Source: Acidimicrobiia bacterium (lineage in GTDB: Bacteria > Actinomycetota > Acidimicrobiia > Spongiisociales > ZC4RG35). From it: DNA of 64,000 bases. This document shows, piece by piece, positions 9,167 through 18,241 of this stretch (position 1 is its first letter; the number at the start of each line of letters is the position of its first letter). The notes beneath the pieces were generated by a model, which did not search any database, was not told where the DNA came from, and saw only the letters and a list, made by a program, of their open reading frames with translations. The stretch spans positions 25,793-89,792 of the forward strand of contig DATKCE010000053.1 in NCBI GenBank assembly GCA_035513335.1, written 5' to 3'. A program made the position numbers and the translations under genes.

Positions 9167-10821
9167 GAGTCTGGATCGGTCCTCGGGATCGAGCCGTCTG
9201 TCTGGTGGAGCCGGTCATGAGTGGCGACGAGACTCTCGAAGTCTGGCCGGTCCTCGACATCGATGGCGATCAGATGACGGGTGACCGGACCGTCCCCGCG
9301 GTCGAATGACCGAGCCCTCCTCAACAGGCCGGCTGCGGCGTCGTCGATCCTCCGATGTTGGGCGAGGTGATCCTCCCAGCTGCGCAGGATCATCACCTCG
9401 GTGAGGCGGGTCGGGTCGGAAGTGTTGCGAAACAGCCGCCAGCGGTAGGCGCCAGTGCTGAGACGGACCAGTCGAACCTCGTTCATCACGTCGGTGAACT
9501 CGGTGAAGTCGGACTCTTCGATCTGCCAGGTGTTGAGAACCATCACTGGCCCGCCGACGAACTCTTCTTGGTGGTGGGGAGAGTCGCCTGAGGAGATTTC
9601 GCTGAACTCGGGGGTGGCCACGTCATCGACGTGAGGCACCCTGAATCTGGGGGCCATCGAGCCCAGTGCCACCGCCCCGACGGAGAAGACGAGGAGTGAC
9701 CCGGGAGTGCCGACATAGTCCGCTACCAGCCCGGAAGCTATCGAGCCGATGGGCATGACCCCGGCGAACGCCAGGGTGTAGATGGACATCGCCCGGCCCC
9801 GAATCCAGGGGGGAGACATCAGCTGTGCGGTGGCGTTGAGGGTGGCCAGGGTCAGGAGCCAGAACAACCCCCCGAAGAACATCGCCACACCGGCTACCCA
9901 CACGCTGGGGGCGAGCCCCAGGAGGATCCCTGCGGCTCCGAACAGGCTGATGGTGTAGGGCACCCACGAGCCGTCGACCCAGGCGCTGATACGGGGTCGT
10001 ATCACCGCACCGGTCAGGGCACCCGCTCCCATGGCGCCGTAGAGGACACCGAAAGCCACCGCGCCGCCTCCGAGGTATGCGGTGTGCACCGGGAGCACCG
10101 CCTGAACCACCGCGGAGGTCACCGCGAAGATCGCCACCAGGACCGTGAGGTTGCGAAAGGCCGGGGTGAACCTGGCGAAGCGAATCCCGGTGGAGATCGC
10201 CGAGCGCATCGACTGGGGCCGCTCCCGTGCAGTGGCCACCAGTCGGGGCCCGATGATGGCGAGGGCGACGATGATCGCCAGGTAGGAGAGGGCGTTGAAG
10301 GCGAACCCGGCCTCGGCCCCGTAGATGGCCACCAGGGCGCCGCCGAAGGCGGGGCCGATGGCTCGGGCAGCATTGAAGGCGGCCGAGTTGAGTGCGACCG
10401 CCGACGCCACCAGGCCACGTGGAACGAGATCGGGAACCAGCGCCTGCCAGGCGGGGAGGTTGAGGGCCAGGCCGGTCCCGATGAGCAGGCCCAGCGTCAG
10501 GAGCAGACCAGGGGTCATCAGACCGAGGAACGTGAGTACGGCCATCACCGCGGCTGACGCGCCCATGACGGCTTGGGCGACCATCATGAGTTTCGCCCGG
10601 TCGAACCGATCGGCCAGAGCCCCAGCGCTCAGTGAGAAGAAGAGGAGGGGAAGGGTGGCCGATGCGACCATCAGGCCGACCCAGGTGCTCGACCCGGTCA
10701 GCTCGAGCATCAGCCAGGACCCAGCGACGGATTGGACGAAAGTGCCCGAGGCGGAGAACACGTTCCCGGCCCAGAGCCAACGGAAGTGAGGGTATTTGAG
10801 TGGCTCCACCGCCGAAGTCAT
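9163..10821 (-). CDS. MFS transporter (MFS_3/EntS-like) with a ~110-aa soluble C-terminal domain
   Basis: N-terminus YPHFRWLWAGNVFSASGTFVQSVAGSWLM and 12 TM-like segments, then a hydrophilic tail (VLNTWQIEESDF..SWEDHLAQHRR). Confidence 0.85.
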   Translation of the reverse strand: MTSAVEPLKYPHFRWLWAGNVFSASGTFVQSVAGSWLMLELTGSSTWVGLMVASATLPLLFFSLSAGALADRFDRAKLMMVAQAVMGASAAVMAVLTFLGLMTPGLLLTLGLLIGTGLALNLPAWQALVPDLVPRGLVASAVALNSAAFNAARAIGPAFGGALVAIYGAEAGFAFNALSYLAIIVALAIIGPRLVATARERPQSMRSAISTGIRFARFTPAFRNLTVLVAIFAVTSAVVQAVLPVHTAYLGGGAVAFGVLYGAMGAGALTGAVIRPRISAWVDGSWVPYTISLFGAAGILLGLAPSVWVAGVAMFFGGLFWLLTLATLNATAQLMSPPWIRGRAMSIYTLAFAGVMPIGSIASGLVADYVGTPGSLLVFSVGAVALGSMAPRFRVPHVDDVATPEFSEISSGDSPHHQEEFVGGPVMVLNTWQIEESDFTEFTDVMNEVRLVRLSTGAYRWRLFRNTSDPTRLTEVMILRSWEDHLAQHRRIDDAAAGLLRRARSFDRGDGPVTRHLIAIDVEDRPDFESLVATHDRLHQTDGSIPRTDPDS

Positions 10822-10846
10822 CGGCGCAGCGTAGGGTGAGAGTCGC

Positions 10847-11482
10847 GTGGTGCGTGACCTTGCATACTTCGTCCAACCCGAAGCAGGCAGGGGCCCGGGC
10901 GTTCTGATCCTTCACTCCCTGTGGGGCTTGACCTCGTCGGTGAAGACGCTCGGCGACGGCCTCGCCGATCGTGGGTTCACGGTTCTCGCTCCTGATATCA
11001 ACTTCGGCGAGCTGCCCGAGACCGAGGAAGAGGGGATCGACCGGCTTGGTGGTGCCAGCCCCGACCGTCTCGCCGCCCTGGTCCTCTCCTCCGTGCGTCT
11101 TCTCTCCGACCAGTCTGCCGATGGGCCGATTGGCGTGGTCGGCTTTGGGATGGGCGGGTCGCTCGGATTGTGGGCTTCGGTTCGTCTCGCCGACCTCATC
11201 GGAGCGGTGGTCTCTTTCTATGGGACCCAACAGATCGATTTTGCCGGTTCCCGGTCGTCATATCTGATCCACTTCGCCGAGGAGGACGGGTACATCACCG
11301 ACGACGAGGCGGCCTTCATGGAGGCCACCATGGGTCTCGAGTCGCTCCCTGTCGACGTGGTCACCTATCCGGGAACCCGGCACGGGTTCTGCGAGCCCGA
11401 CGGCGAGACCTTCGACCCGGACGCCTTCACCATCGCATGGGAGCGGACGATCGAGTTCCTGGTGGAGCGTCTAATGGACTAG
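10847..11482 (+). CDS. Dienelactone hydrolase family protein
   Basis: GVLILHSLWGL..GFTVLAPDI and VVGFGMGGSLG core typical of DLH-fold hydrolases. Confidence 0.75.
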   Translation: MVRDLAYFVQPEAGRGPGVLILHSLWGLTSSVKTLGDGLADRGFTVLAPDINFGELPETEEEGIDRLGGASPDRLAALVLSSVRLLSDQSADGPIGVVGFGMGGSLGLWASVRLADLIGAVVSFYGTQQIDFAGSRSSYLIHFAEEDGYITDDEAAFMEATMGLESLPVDVVTYPGTRHGFCEPDGETFDPDAFTIAWERTIEFLVERLMD

Positions 11483-11929
11483 TCGAACCGGGTCACCGGG
11501 CTCGATCCGCCCTCCTTCGAGAACTCGCGCGTAGACCCTCGACTCACCGGGATGCCTGCTGGCGTGCATCCGGTTGTACCTGCCCTCGATGAACCAACGC
11601 GCGTTCTTGGCGCAGGGAGTGGCGTAGCCGGTGATCTCGATCTCGACAGGCCCCATCGTCATCCTCGCGCCCGGCACCACCAGACCCCAGTCGAGCCCTG
11701 AGACCGTGATGTTCTCGCCGGTGGACCCGGGCTCGACGGGATGGCCCTCGGTCCGGAACCGCTCGATGACCTCGAGGGAGAAGAGACACAGGGCTTGCTC
11801 GGGATGACCGTGGTGAACCCGATCCTCCTGGACGTCGCCGATGACGCCCGAGACGCCGACGACCGCCTCGTCGACCGGTAGCTTCGGCACTCCTCCCTGG
11901 CTGGTGTTGATCTGATGGATCCTGCCCAT
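11471..11929 (-). CDS. MOSC domain-containing protein (YiiM-like)
   Basis: Last 152 aa of ORF 11471..12742 (MGRIHQINTSQGGVPK..GENITVSGLD..PCAKN..) match the MOSC beta-barrel. The upstream part of the ORF is antisense to the ALDH gene. Confidence 0.8.
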   Translation of the reverse strand: MGRIHQINTSQGGVPKLPVDEAVVGVSGVIGDVQEDRVHHGHPEQALCLFSLEVIERFRTEGHPVEPGSTGENITVSGLDWGLVVPGARMTMGPVEIEITGYATPCAKNARWFIEGRYNRMHASRHPGESRVYARVLEGGRIEPGDPVRLVH

Positions 11930-12004
11930 GAGACCGGGGAGTGTAAGACCGGTTCCGAGCCATTCGGCGGCCCTTTCTTGGAGCCGGCGTCGTAAGGTTG
12001 TCCC

Positions 12005-13585
12005 ATGGTTGTGACCCTGCGTGACGGTCTGGCCCCCCGTGTGAGTGAGCTGATGCTGGAGAGACTGGCGGAGCGTGTCGACGTCCCGGTGCAGCGTCCC
12101 TCGATCGGCGTTTTGTCCCCCTTCACCGAGACCGAGATCGGTCAGGTTCCCGAGGCCACTCGAGACGATGTGGCCGCTGCGGTGGACAGGGGCCGCGCCG
12201 CGCAGGAACCATGGTCGCAAACCCCAATCCGGGAGCGCGTGGCGATCCTCACTCGATTCCACGACCTGCTCATCGAGCGCGCCGACACCGCCATGGACAT
12301 CATCCAGCTCGAGGCGGGCAAGGCCCGGATCCCCGCCTTCGAAGAGGTCTACGACACGGTCGCCACCACCCGGTACTACATGAAGACCGGTCCGGGGTTG
12401 TTGAAGAGGAGGAGGAGGGCGGTCTCCTTCCCCGGCATGACCACGGCCTTCGAATACCGGCACCCGCTCGGCGTCGTCGGCAGTATCACGCCCTGGAACT
12501 TCCCGTTCACTCTGACCATCTCCGACGTAGTCCCCGCGTTGCTCGCGGGGAACGTCATCGTCGGCAAGCCGGACGAGAAGACCCCGTACTCCATGCTCTA
12601 CGGGGCGTCGCTTCTCGCCGAGGCCGGTCTTCCGGAGGGTGTCCTCCAGGTGATCACTGGACGCGGGGACGAAATCGGGCCCGCGCTCGTCGACGAAGTC
12701 GACTTCATAATGTTCACCGGTTCCACCGAGGTGGGACGGCAAGTGGCCAAGAGGGCGGGGGAGCGCCTCATCGGGATGTCCATGGAACTGGGCGGCAAGA
12801 ACGCGGCCATCGTCATGGCAGACGCGGATCTACGCAAGACGGTCCGCGGCCTCGCCCGAGCGGTGTACGCCAATGGGGGCCAGCTCTGCCTCTCCATGGA
12901 GCGGGTCTACGTCGACGATGCGATCCGGGACGAGTTCACCACCCGGTTCGTCGAATACTCCAGGAACCTGCCGATGACAGCTTCGTTCGACTTCTCCTCG
13001 ACGCTCTCCTCGATGATCACGAGGGAGCACATGGAGAAGGTGGAAGCGCACGTCGCAGATGCTGTGTCGGCAGGCGCCACCCTCCTCACCGGCGGCAAGC
13101 CGAGACCTGATGTGGGGCCGCTGTTCTACGAGCCGACCGCGCTCACCGCCGTCGATGACGCGATGTTGCTGTGTCGCAGTGAGACCTTCGGTCCTGTCGT
13201 CTCGATCTATGGATACGACGACCTCGAAGACGCGATCGCCATGGCCAACGACTCACATCTAGGGCTCAACCACTCGGTATGGACCGGAGACGCCCACCAG
13301 GGGGTGGAGGTCGCATCGCGGCTGGAGGCAGGCACGGTGGGGGTGAACGATGGATACGCGGCCACCTGGTCATCGTACGACGCACCCATGGGTGGCTGGA
13401 AGCGCTCCGGCATCGGCCGTCGTCACGGGTCTGAAGGGCTGCTCAAGTACACCGAGCCGCAGACCGTCGCCGTCCAGCGAATCGGGCCCGCCTTCGCCCC
13501 GCCGGGCGGTCTCGACTATCCGACCTATCAGCGTCTCCTGGGCAAAGCCCTCAAATTGCTGAAGCGGGTGCCCTTCTACAAGTGA
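12005..13585 (+). CDS. NAD(P)-dependent aldehyde dehydrogenase (succinate-semialdehyde dehydrogenase-like)
   Basis: ELGGKNA and the catalytic-Cys motif GGQLCLSMERVYV. 526 aa. Confidence 0.92.
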   Translation: MVVTLRDGLAPRVSELMLERLAERVDVPVQRPSIGVLSPFTETEIGQVPEATRDDVAAAVDRGRAAQEPWSQTPIRERVAILTRFHDLLIERADTAMDIIQLEAGKARIPAFEEVYDTVATTRYYMKTGPGLLKRRRRAVSFPGMTTAFEYRHPLGVVGSITPWNFPFTLTISDVVPALLAGNVIVGKPDEKTPYSMLYGASLLAEAGLPEGVLQVITGRGDEIGPALVDEVDFIMFTGSTEVGRQVAKRAGERLIGMSMELGGKNAAIVMADADLRKTVRGLARAVYANGGQLCLSMERVYVDDAIRDEFTTRFVEYSRNLPMTASFDFSSTLSSMITREHMEKVEAHVADAVSAGATLLTGGKPRPDVGPLFYEPTALTAVDDAMLLCRSETFGPVVSIYGYDDLEDAIAMANDSHLGLNHSVWTGDAHQGVEVASRLEAGTVGVNDGYAATWSSYDAPMGGWKRSGIGRRHGSEGLLKYTEPQTVAVQRIGPAFAPPGGLDYPTYQRLLGKALKLLKRVPFYK

Positions 13586-13589
13586 GCTC

Positions 13590-14129
13590 CTACCAGGGCG
13601 GCCCGTGGAGGTCGATCGTTCCAGACTTCGGCGCCGGCCGGTTCAGGTCTCCGGTCATCACCCTGTTGAACGTGAAGGTCTCCGGCTCCCCGAATTGGGT
13701 GACCAGCAGCTCACCGGCGAAGAGGGCCCAGCCGAGGCGGGAGTAGTAATCGACCAACTCGTCGCGACACACCAGCAGGGCGAAGTCGGTGTCTCGCGTC
13801 GTCAGATAGTCGAGGGCGCGTCCCATGCCCAGCGGGGCATAGCCCATTCCCTGGTGGTCGGGGTGAGTGGCGATGCCGCCGATGCCCCCGATGCTCGCCG
13901 GGCGCCCGTCGATGGAACCCTCTCGCTTCACGACTCCTGTGTAAGAGACCAGGTTCCCGGCGTCGTCGCGCACGAACACGCCCCAATCGGGCCCGGCCCA
14001 TTCCCTCGACGCGCCCTCCCAGGCGCTCTCCCGTTCCGGCGGGTAGACCGCCGCTTTCAGCTCTCGCAGCGTCTGTCGGTCCTCGTCGCTGAAGTCGTCG
14101 TGCGTCTTCAGGCTGATGGTGATGCTCAA
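13590..14129 (-). CDS. GNAT family N-acetyltransferase (AAC(2')-like architecture)
   Basis: Acetyl-CoA motif HPDHQGMGYAPLGM, 179 aa, C-terminal ..GPPW tail. Confidence 0.75.
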   Translation of the reverse strand: MSITISLKTHDDFSDEDRQTLRELKAAVYPPERESAWEGASREWAGPDWGVFVRDDAGNLVSYTGVVKREGSIDGRPASIGGIGGIATHPDHQGMGYAPLGMGRALDYLTTRDTDFALLVCRDELVDYYSRLGWALFAGELLVTQFGEPETFTFNRVMTGDLNRPAPKSGTIDLHGPPW

Positions 14130-14605
14130 CGCTCGCTCATCTCGGCGAGATCGGCCTGGAGGATGTCACGCTCCCCGTCGTCTTCGACTGCGGCCAGAGC
14201 CGACCTGGCCAGCTCGAGGTGCTCGGTGAACGTCTCGACGTCGTCCACCTCCGCCGCGGCGCGGGCGATGGCCTCGTGGGCGAATCCCTCGACGAAGGGA
14301 TCGAGATCGTATTCGATGGCCAGCTCCAGAGAGCGCTCCCCGAAACGCCTGCCCAGATCAGCGTAACCGAGGACGACGGCGACTCTCGACACCTGCCAGT
14401 CGGCGATGGCCCGGTTTCGCTCCGTGCCGACCTGGTACCAGTGGTAGCGCGAGGCGAAGGTGGCTGCCAGCATCTCCTCCTCCTCTTCCCGGGTCAGGTC
14501 GTTGGCGTCGAGGAGCTCCCAGGCGTGATTGAACGCCAGCTGCGCCATAGTCCGATGCCAGGAGGCGATGTCCTCGGCGCTGGGATCCTCGGTCGGTTGG
14601 GTCAC
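14126..14605 (-). CDS. Hypothetical helical protein
   Basis: 159-aa acidic, helix-rich ORF with good GC3. 4-nt overlap with the GNAT gene. Confidence 0.6.
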   Translation of the reverse strand: MTQPTEDPSAEDIASWHRTMAQLAFNHAWELLDANDLTREEEEEMLAATFASRYHWYQVGTERNRAIADWQVSRVAVVLGYADLGRRFGERSLELAIEYDLDPFVEGFAHEAIARAAAEVDDVETFTEHLELARSALAAVEDDGERDILQADLAEMSER

Positions 14606-14656
14606 ATTGCACTCCTAGTGTGCGTGGTTCGATGAGAGCCGCAACGATACGCCAAC

Positions 14657-15658
14657 ATGGCTGATCAGATCACCGTCGAGGTGGGAGGCGAGCAGGTCCG
14701 CGTCTCGTCGCCCGATCGGGTCGTGTTCCCAGATCAGGGCTGGACCAAAGGAGATGTGGTCGACCACTTCGTGATGGTGGCCGCAGGGGCCGCCCGGGGA
14801 ATCTCCAGACGTCCCACCATGCTCAAGCGGTACATGAAGGACGTGACCGTCGACCCGATCTATCACAAGCGCGCTTCGAAGAATTCGCCCTTCGAGACCG
14901 TCCAGGTCCGGTTTCCGTCGCAACGCCCCGGCCGGATGAACGTGCCCGGGACCGAGGCGGACGTGGTTCGCCTCGCTCAGTTGGGGTGTCTCGACTTCCA
15001 CCCCTGGCCGGTGCGCGCCGACGACATCGACCATCCCGACGAGCTTCGTTTGGACTTCGACCCTACGGAGGGGATCGGGTTCGACCACGTGAGAGAGGCG
15101 GTCGCCGGCGCCAGAGACCTGCTCGACGAGCTCGGTCTGGCGGGATGGCCCAAGACCTCGGGGAGCAGGGGCATCCACGTCTACGTGCGCATCGAGCCGC
15201 TATGGGACTTCTTTCAGACCCGCCGTGCCGTGCTCGCATTCGCCCGAGAGTTGGAGCGTCGCATGGAGGGTCTCGTCACCACCGCATGGTGGAAGGAGGA
15301 GCGCCGCGGAGTTTTCGTCGACTACAACCAGAACGCCCGGGACAAGACCGTGTCGTCGGCCTACGGCGTGAGGCCGACCGGATTCGTGTCGGCACCTTTC
15401 ACCTGGGACGAGTTGGACGATGTGGAGATCGAGCACTTCCCCCTCGGGTCGTTTCGGGAGCGGTGGGAGGCGACGGGCGACCTCACCGACGGCATCGACG
15501 AGGCCGGCGGGCGCATCGATACGCTGATGGAGTGGGTGCGGCGCGACGAGGAGAACGGGATCGGCGATGCCCCGTGGCCTCCTCACTATCCGAAGATGCC
15601 CGGGGAGCCGCCCCGGGTCCAGCCGTCGAAGCAGCGCCGCCCCGATGACGACTACTGA
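14657..15658 (+). CDS. Stand-alone LigD-type primase-polymerase (PolDom / Prim-Pol)
   Basis: Catalytic LRLDFDP (DxD) and KTSGSRGIHVYVRI motifs characteristic of the LigD polymerase domain. Confidence 0.88.
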   Translation: MADQITVEVGGEQVRVSSPDRVVFPDQGWTKGDVVDHFVMVAAGAARGISRRPTMLKRYMKDVTVDPIYHKRASKNSPFETVQVRFPSQRPGRMNVPGTEADVVRLAQLGCLDFHPWPVRADDIDHPDELRLDFDPTEGIGFDHVREAVAGARDLLDELGLAGWPKTSGSRGIHVYVRIEPLWDFFQTRRAVLAFARELERRMEGLVTTAWWKEERRGVFVDYNQNARDKTVSSAYGVRPTGFVSAPFTWDELDDVEIEHFPLGSFRERWEATGDLTDGIDEAGGRIDTLMEWVRRDEENGIGDAPWPPHYPKMPGEPPRVQPSKQRRPDDDY

Positions 15659-15678
15659 ACCGCGAACCCAGGGTTGCA

Positions 15679-15697
15679 GGCCCCGCTGAGCGGGGTC
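15679..15697. terminator. GC-rich hairpin between convergent genes (bidirectional terminator candidate)
   Basis: CCCCGC-TGA-GCGGGG core. It is embedded in a longer imperfect palindrome AACCCAGGG..CCCTG..TGGGTT (15665-15718). Confidence 0.5.
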
Positions 15698-15717
15698 CAG
15701 CGCCCTGAGTTCGTGGG

Positions 15718-16446
15718 TTAGAGGGCGTCGCGGCGGCGCAGGGCCCAGGTGAGCAGGCCGGCGCCGAGGACGACGACGACGGCGAGCTTGAGTGCCCCAC
15801 CACCGGCTCCGGGAGCCACTGGGCCGAGGACGATGTTCACCTCGATCCCACTGGCATTGACGAGGTCGACGTAGATCGACCCTGCGATCCGCCAGATCGA
15901 GAGTTGCGCCAGACCCGACACCAGGCCGGAGAGCGCCAATTCGACCAGGACCACATATCCCAGCCCGATCAGGACCGATCTGGAGAACAGGTAGCCCACG
16001 GGGACGAAGATGGCGGCATATCCCACCGCTGCGCTCACCAGGAGCGCCGCTCCCGGCAACATGAGCGACATCGGTGCCCCGTGGATCAGGCCGGCGAGAA
16101 CGGTGGACAGCCATCCACCGAGCCCGATGGTGGCCGCGGCGAGTGTCCCGGCGAGCAGTGACGACGCCGCGATGGTCGGCCTCGGGATCGGCCTCATGTA
16201 GATGTAGGGGAGGGTCCCCGCGTCCCGCTCGTCACGAAGGGTCGACACCGTGAGGATGAGGGCGGCGATGGCGTAGGTGAAGCCGACCGACATCATGATG
16301 GCGACGAACGCCTCGGCGAGCCCGTCGGAGCTCATGTCGATACCGGCCACGGCGATGATCACGCCAGGCACTGAGGCCAGCAAGACCAGCCAGAAGACGC
16401 GGCCCTTCATCATCAGACGTCGATAGAGGTGCATCGTCAGGGTCAT
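15718..16446 (-). CDS. ABC-2 type transporter permease
   Basis: 242-aa multi-TM ORF. 1-nt overlap with the upstream ATPase gene. Confidence 0.78.
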   Translation of the reverse strand: MTLTMHLYRRLMMKGRVFWLVLLASVPGVIIAVAGIDMSSDGLAEAFVAIMMSVGFTYAIAALILTVSTLRDERDAGTLPYIYMRPIPRPTIAASSLLAGTLAAATIGLGGWLSTVLAGLIHGAPMSLMLPGAALLVSAAVGYAAIFVPVGYLFSRSVLIGLGYVVLVELALSGLVSGLAQLSIWRIAGSIYVDLVNASGIEVNIVLGPVAPGAGGGALKLAVVVVLGAGLLTWALRRRDAL

Positions 16447-17363
16447 CAGCGTCCTTCCACCAGATAGCGGAACACCGACTCCAGCGACTCGTCGGCCGGC
16501 TCGATGCGAGAGATCGTCAGGTCGTCCTCCACCGCCAGCCGGGGGAGCAGTCGTGCGACCTGACTGACGTCGGCGGCCTCGATCATCAGTCGATTGCCGC
16601 TGAGATGGACCCCCAGCACGTGAGGTGTGGCCATTAGGGCGGACCCGAGCCTCCTGGGGTCGGTGCAGTCGACGAAGACCTGGCGGGGCTTGTCGGTCAT
16701 CGCGGCCCGGATCGTCGCCACACTCCCCACCGCGGCCAGTCTGCCGTCGACCATCGCGATGACCCGATCCGCCATCCGCTCCACCTCCCGCAGGACATGA
16801 GACGAAACCACGACCGTCCGACCCGCAGCGCCGAGCTCCTTGAAGAGCCGTATCAGCTGGGCTCGCTGCACCGGATCGGCCCCGTTCAGGGGTTCGTCGA
16901 GCAAGAGCACCTGTGGATCCGGGATCAGGGCCGCGGCCACCTTGGCCCTCTGACGCATCCCTTTCGAATACCCCCCGAGCGCCCGGTCCGCGGCATCGGT
17001 CAGTTCGACGGTTTCCAGCACCTCGCGTGCTCGACCGACAGGGTCGTCGACCTTGGCGAGCCGGGCGGCGAGCTCGACGAACTGGCGACCGGTGAGGTGC
17101 TCGTACACCGCCTCGTCCTCCGGGACCAGGGTCATCACCCGGTACACCGAGGGGTCGACCCGGGGATCTCTACCCAGGACGGACACCGAGCCCTGCGAGG
17201 GGACCTGGAGCCCGGCGATCACCCGCATCAGGGTGGTCTTACCGGCTCCGTTCGGTCCGAGGAGCCCGGTGACGCCCGGGCCGAAACCGATGGTCACCTC
17301 GCTCACCGCCACCTTTGGGCCGAACCACTTCGAGACCTCTCTCACCTCCACGGTGTTGGTCAT
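16446..17363 (-). CDS. ABC transporter ATP-binding protein
   Basis: Walker A GPNGAGKTT, signature YSKGMRQR, Walker B LLLDEPLNGAD. Start trimmed to ATG 17363 (MTNTVEVREV..), which overlaps the upstream permease stop (ATGA). Confidence 0.9.
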   Translation of the reverse strand: MTNTVEVREVSKWFGPKVAVSEVTIGFGPGVTGLLGPNGAGKTTLMRVIAGLQVPSQGSVSVLGRDPRVDPSVYRVMTLVPEDEAVYEHLTGRQFVELAARLAKVDDPVGRAREVLETVELTDAADRALGGYSKGMRQRAKVAAALIPDPQVLLLDEPLNGADPVQRAQLIRLFKELGAAGRTVVVSSHVLREVERMADRVIAMVDGRLAAVGSVATIRAAMTDKPRQVFVDCTDPRRLGSALMATPHVLGVHLSGNRLMIEAADVSQVARLLPRLAVEDDLTISRIEPADESLESVFRYLVEGR

Positions 17364-18241
17364 GCCAGCCTCCGATAGCGGTACCGCACTGCCACGACGC
17401 TGAGAACGGCCGAGACGGCGATCACGGCCGCCGAGGTCCAGCCGCCGAACCCGACCGCCTCCGCGGGGTAGGTCACCGTGTCTCGAAACAGGTCGTCCCG
17501 GATGATCCGGGGGAGATGGTCGAACGCCAGCAGAGAGGTCCAGCGCGCCCCGGCGAAGGAGGCCTCCGACAGCTGGCCGGCGATGAACCGACCCGGCACC
17601 AGCACTCCCAGGTAGGCCACGGATGCCACTCCGGGACGGTTGATCCAGGCGGCAAGCACGAAGGCGAGCGCCCCATGCATCGCCACGAACGCCACAGTGG
17701 TCGTCGGGACCTTCCAGAGGACCTCCAGGTTGTCTGTCATGTAGGTGAGGAATCCGTCGCTCGAGATCAATCCGAGACCGATGTGAAGGACGAGTTGGGG
17801 GACCAGGTAGATCGCCCCGACCACGGTGGCGAAGGCGGCCACCTTCGAGACGAGGTACCCATCGACCGTCAGCGGACGCGAGAAGTAGACCGAGAGCACT
17901 CCTCGCACCCGGTCGGGGACCAGCAGCCACGGCGCGGCGAAGGCGATGAAGAGAAGGCCGATCCAGCTGTAGAGATCGAACAACTCACCGTACGAAGGGA
18001 CTCCGGTGGCGAATGACTCGGCGAGGTCGCCGATGAGCCAATGGACACCGATGACGATGGCGGCCATCCCCACTGCGATGGCGATCATCACCCACGGGTA
18101 GACCTTCTCCCGGGCCTTCCGCCCCAGGCCGAGGACCCTGCGTATCCCGTCCTTGTAAACCGCCTTCCTCGCCCCCGAGGCCCCGGTCCGATCTCCGTCG
18201 TAGGTCCGATAGCCCCGGTCGTATATCACCTGGTCGCTCAA
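17360..18241 (-). CDS. ABC transporter permease (ABC-2 family)
   Basis: 293-aa ORF with 6 TM-like segments, coupled to the flanking ATPase genes. Confidence 0.75.
   Translation of the reverse strand: MSDQVIYDRGYRTYDGDRTGASGARKAVYKDGIRRVLGLGRKAREKVYPWVMIAIAVGMAAIVIGVHWLIGDLAESFATGVPSYGELFDLYSWIGLLFIAFAAPWLLVPDRVRGVLSVYFSRPLTVDGYLVSKVAAFATVVGAIYLVPQLVLHIGLGLISSDGFLTYMTDNLEVLWKVPTTTVAFVAMHGALAFVLAAWINRPGVASVAYLGVLVPGRFIAGQLSEASFAGARWTSLLAFDHLPRIIRDDLFRDTVTYPAEAVGFGGWTSAAVIAVSAVLSVVAVRYRYRRLA

Noticed and set aside
10847-11482. Dienelactone hydrolase with a missing nucleophile (GFGMGG instead of GFC/SxGG)
   Set aside because: A Ser in the overlapping GGSLG pentapeptide may serve as the nucleophile. 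Without an alignment the register is ambiguous, so no claim of inactivity is made.
13590-14605. GNAT toxin / antitoxin pair (TacT/AtaT-like)
   Set aside because: The upstream partner is a 159-aa acidic helical protein with no RHH/DUF1778-like DNA-binding motif. The GNAT resembles AAC(2')-type acetyltransferases rather than tRNA-acetylating toxins.
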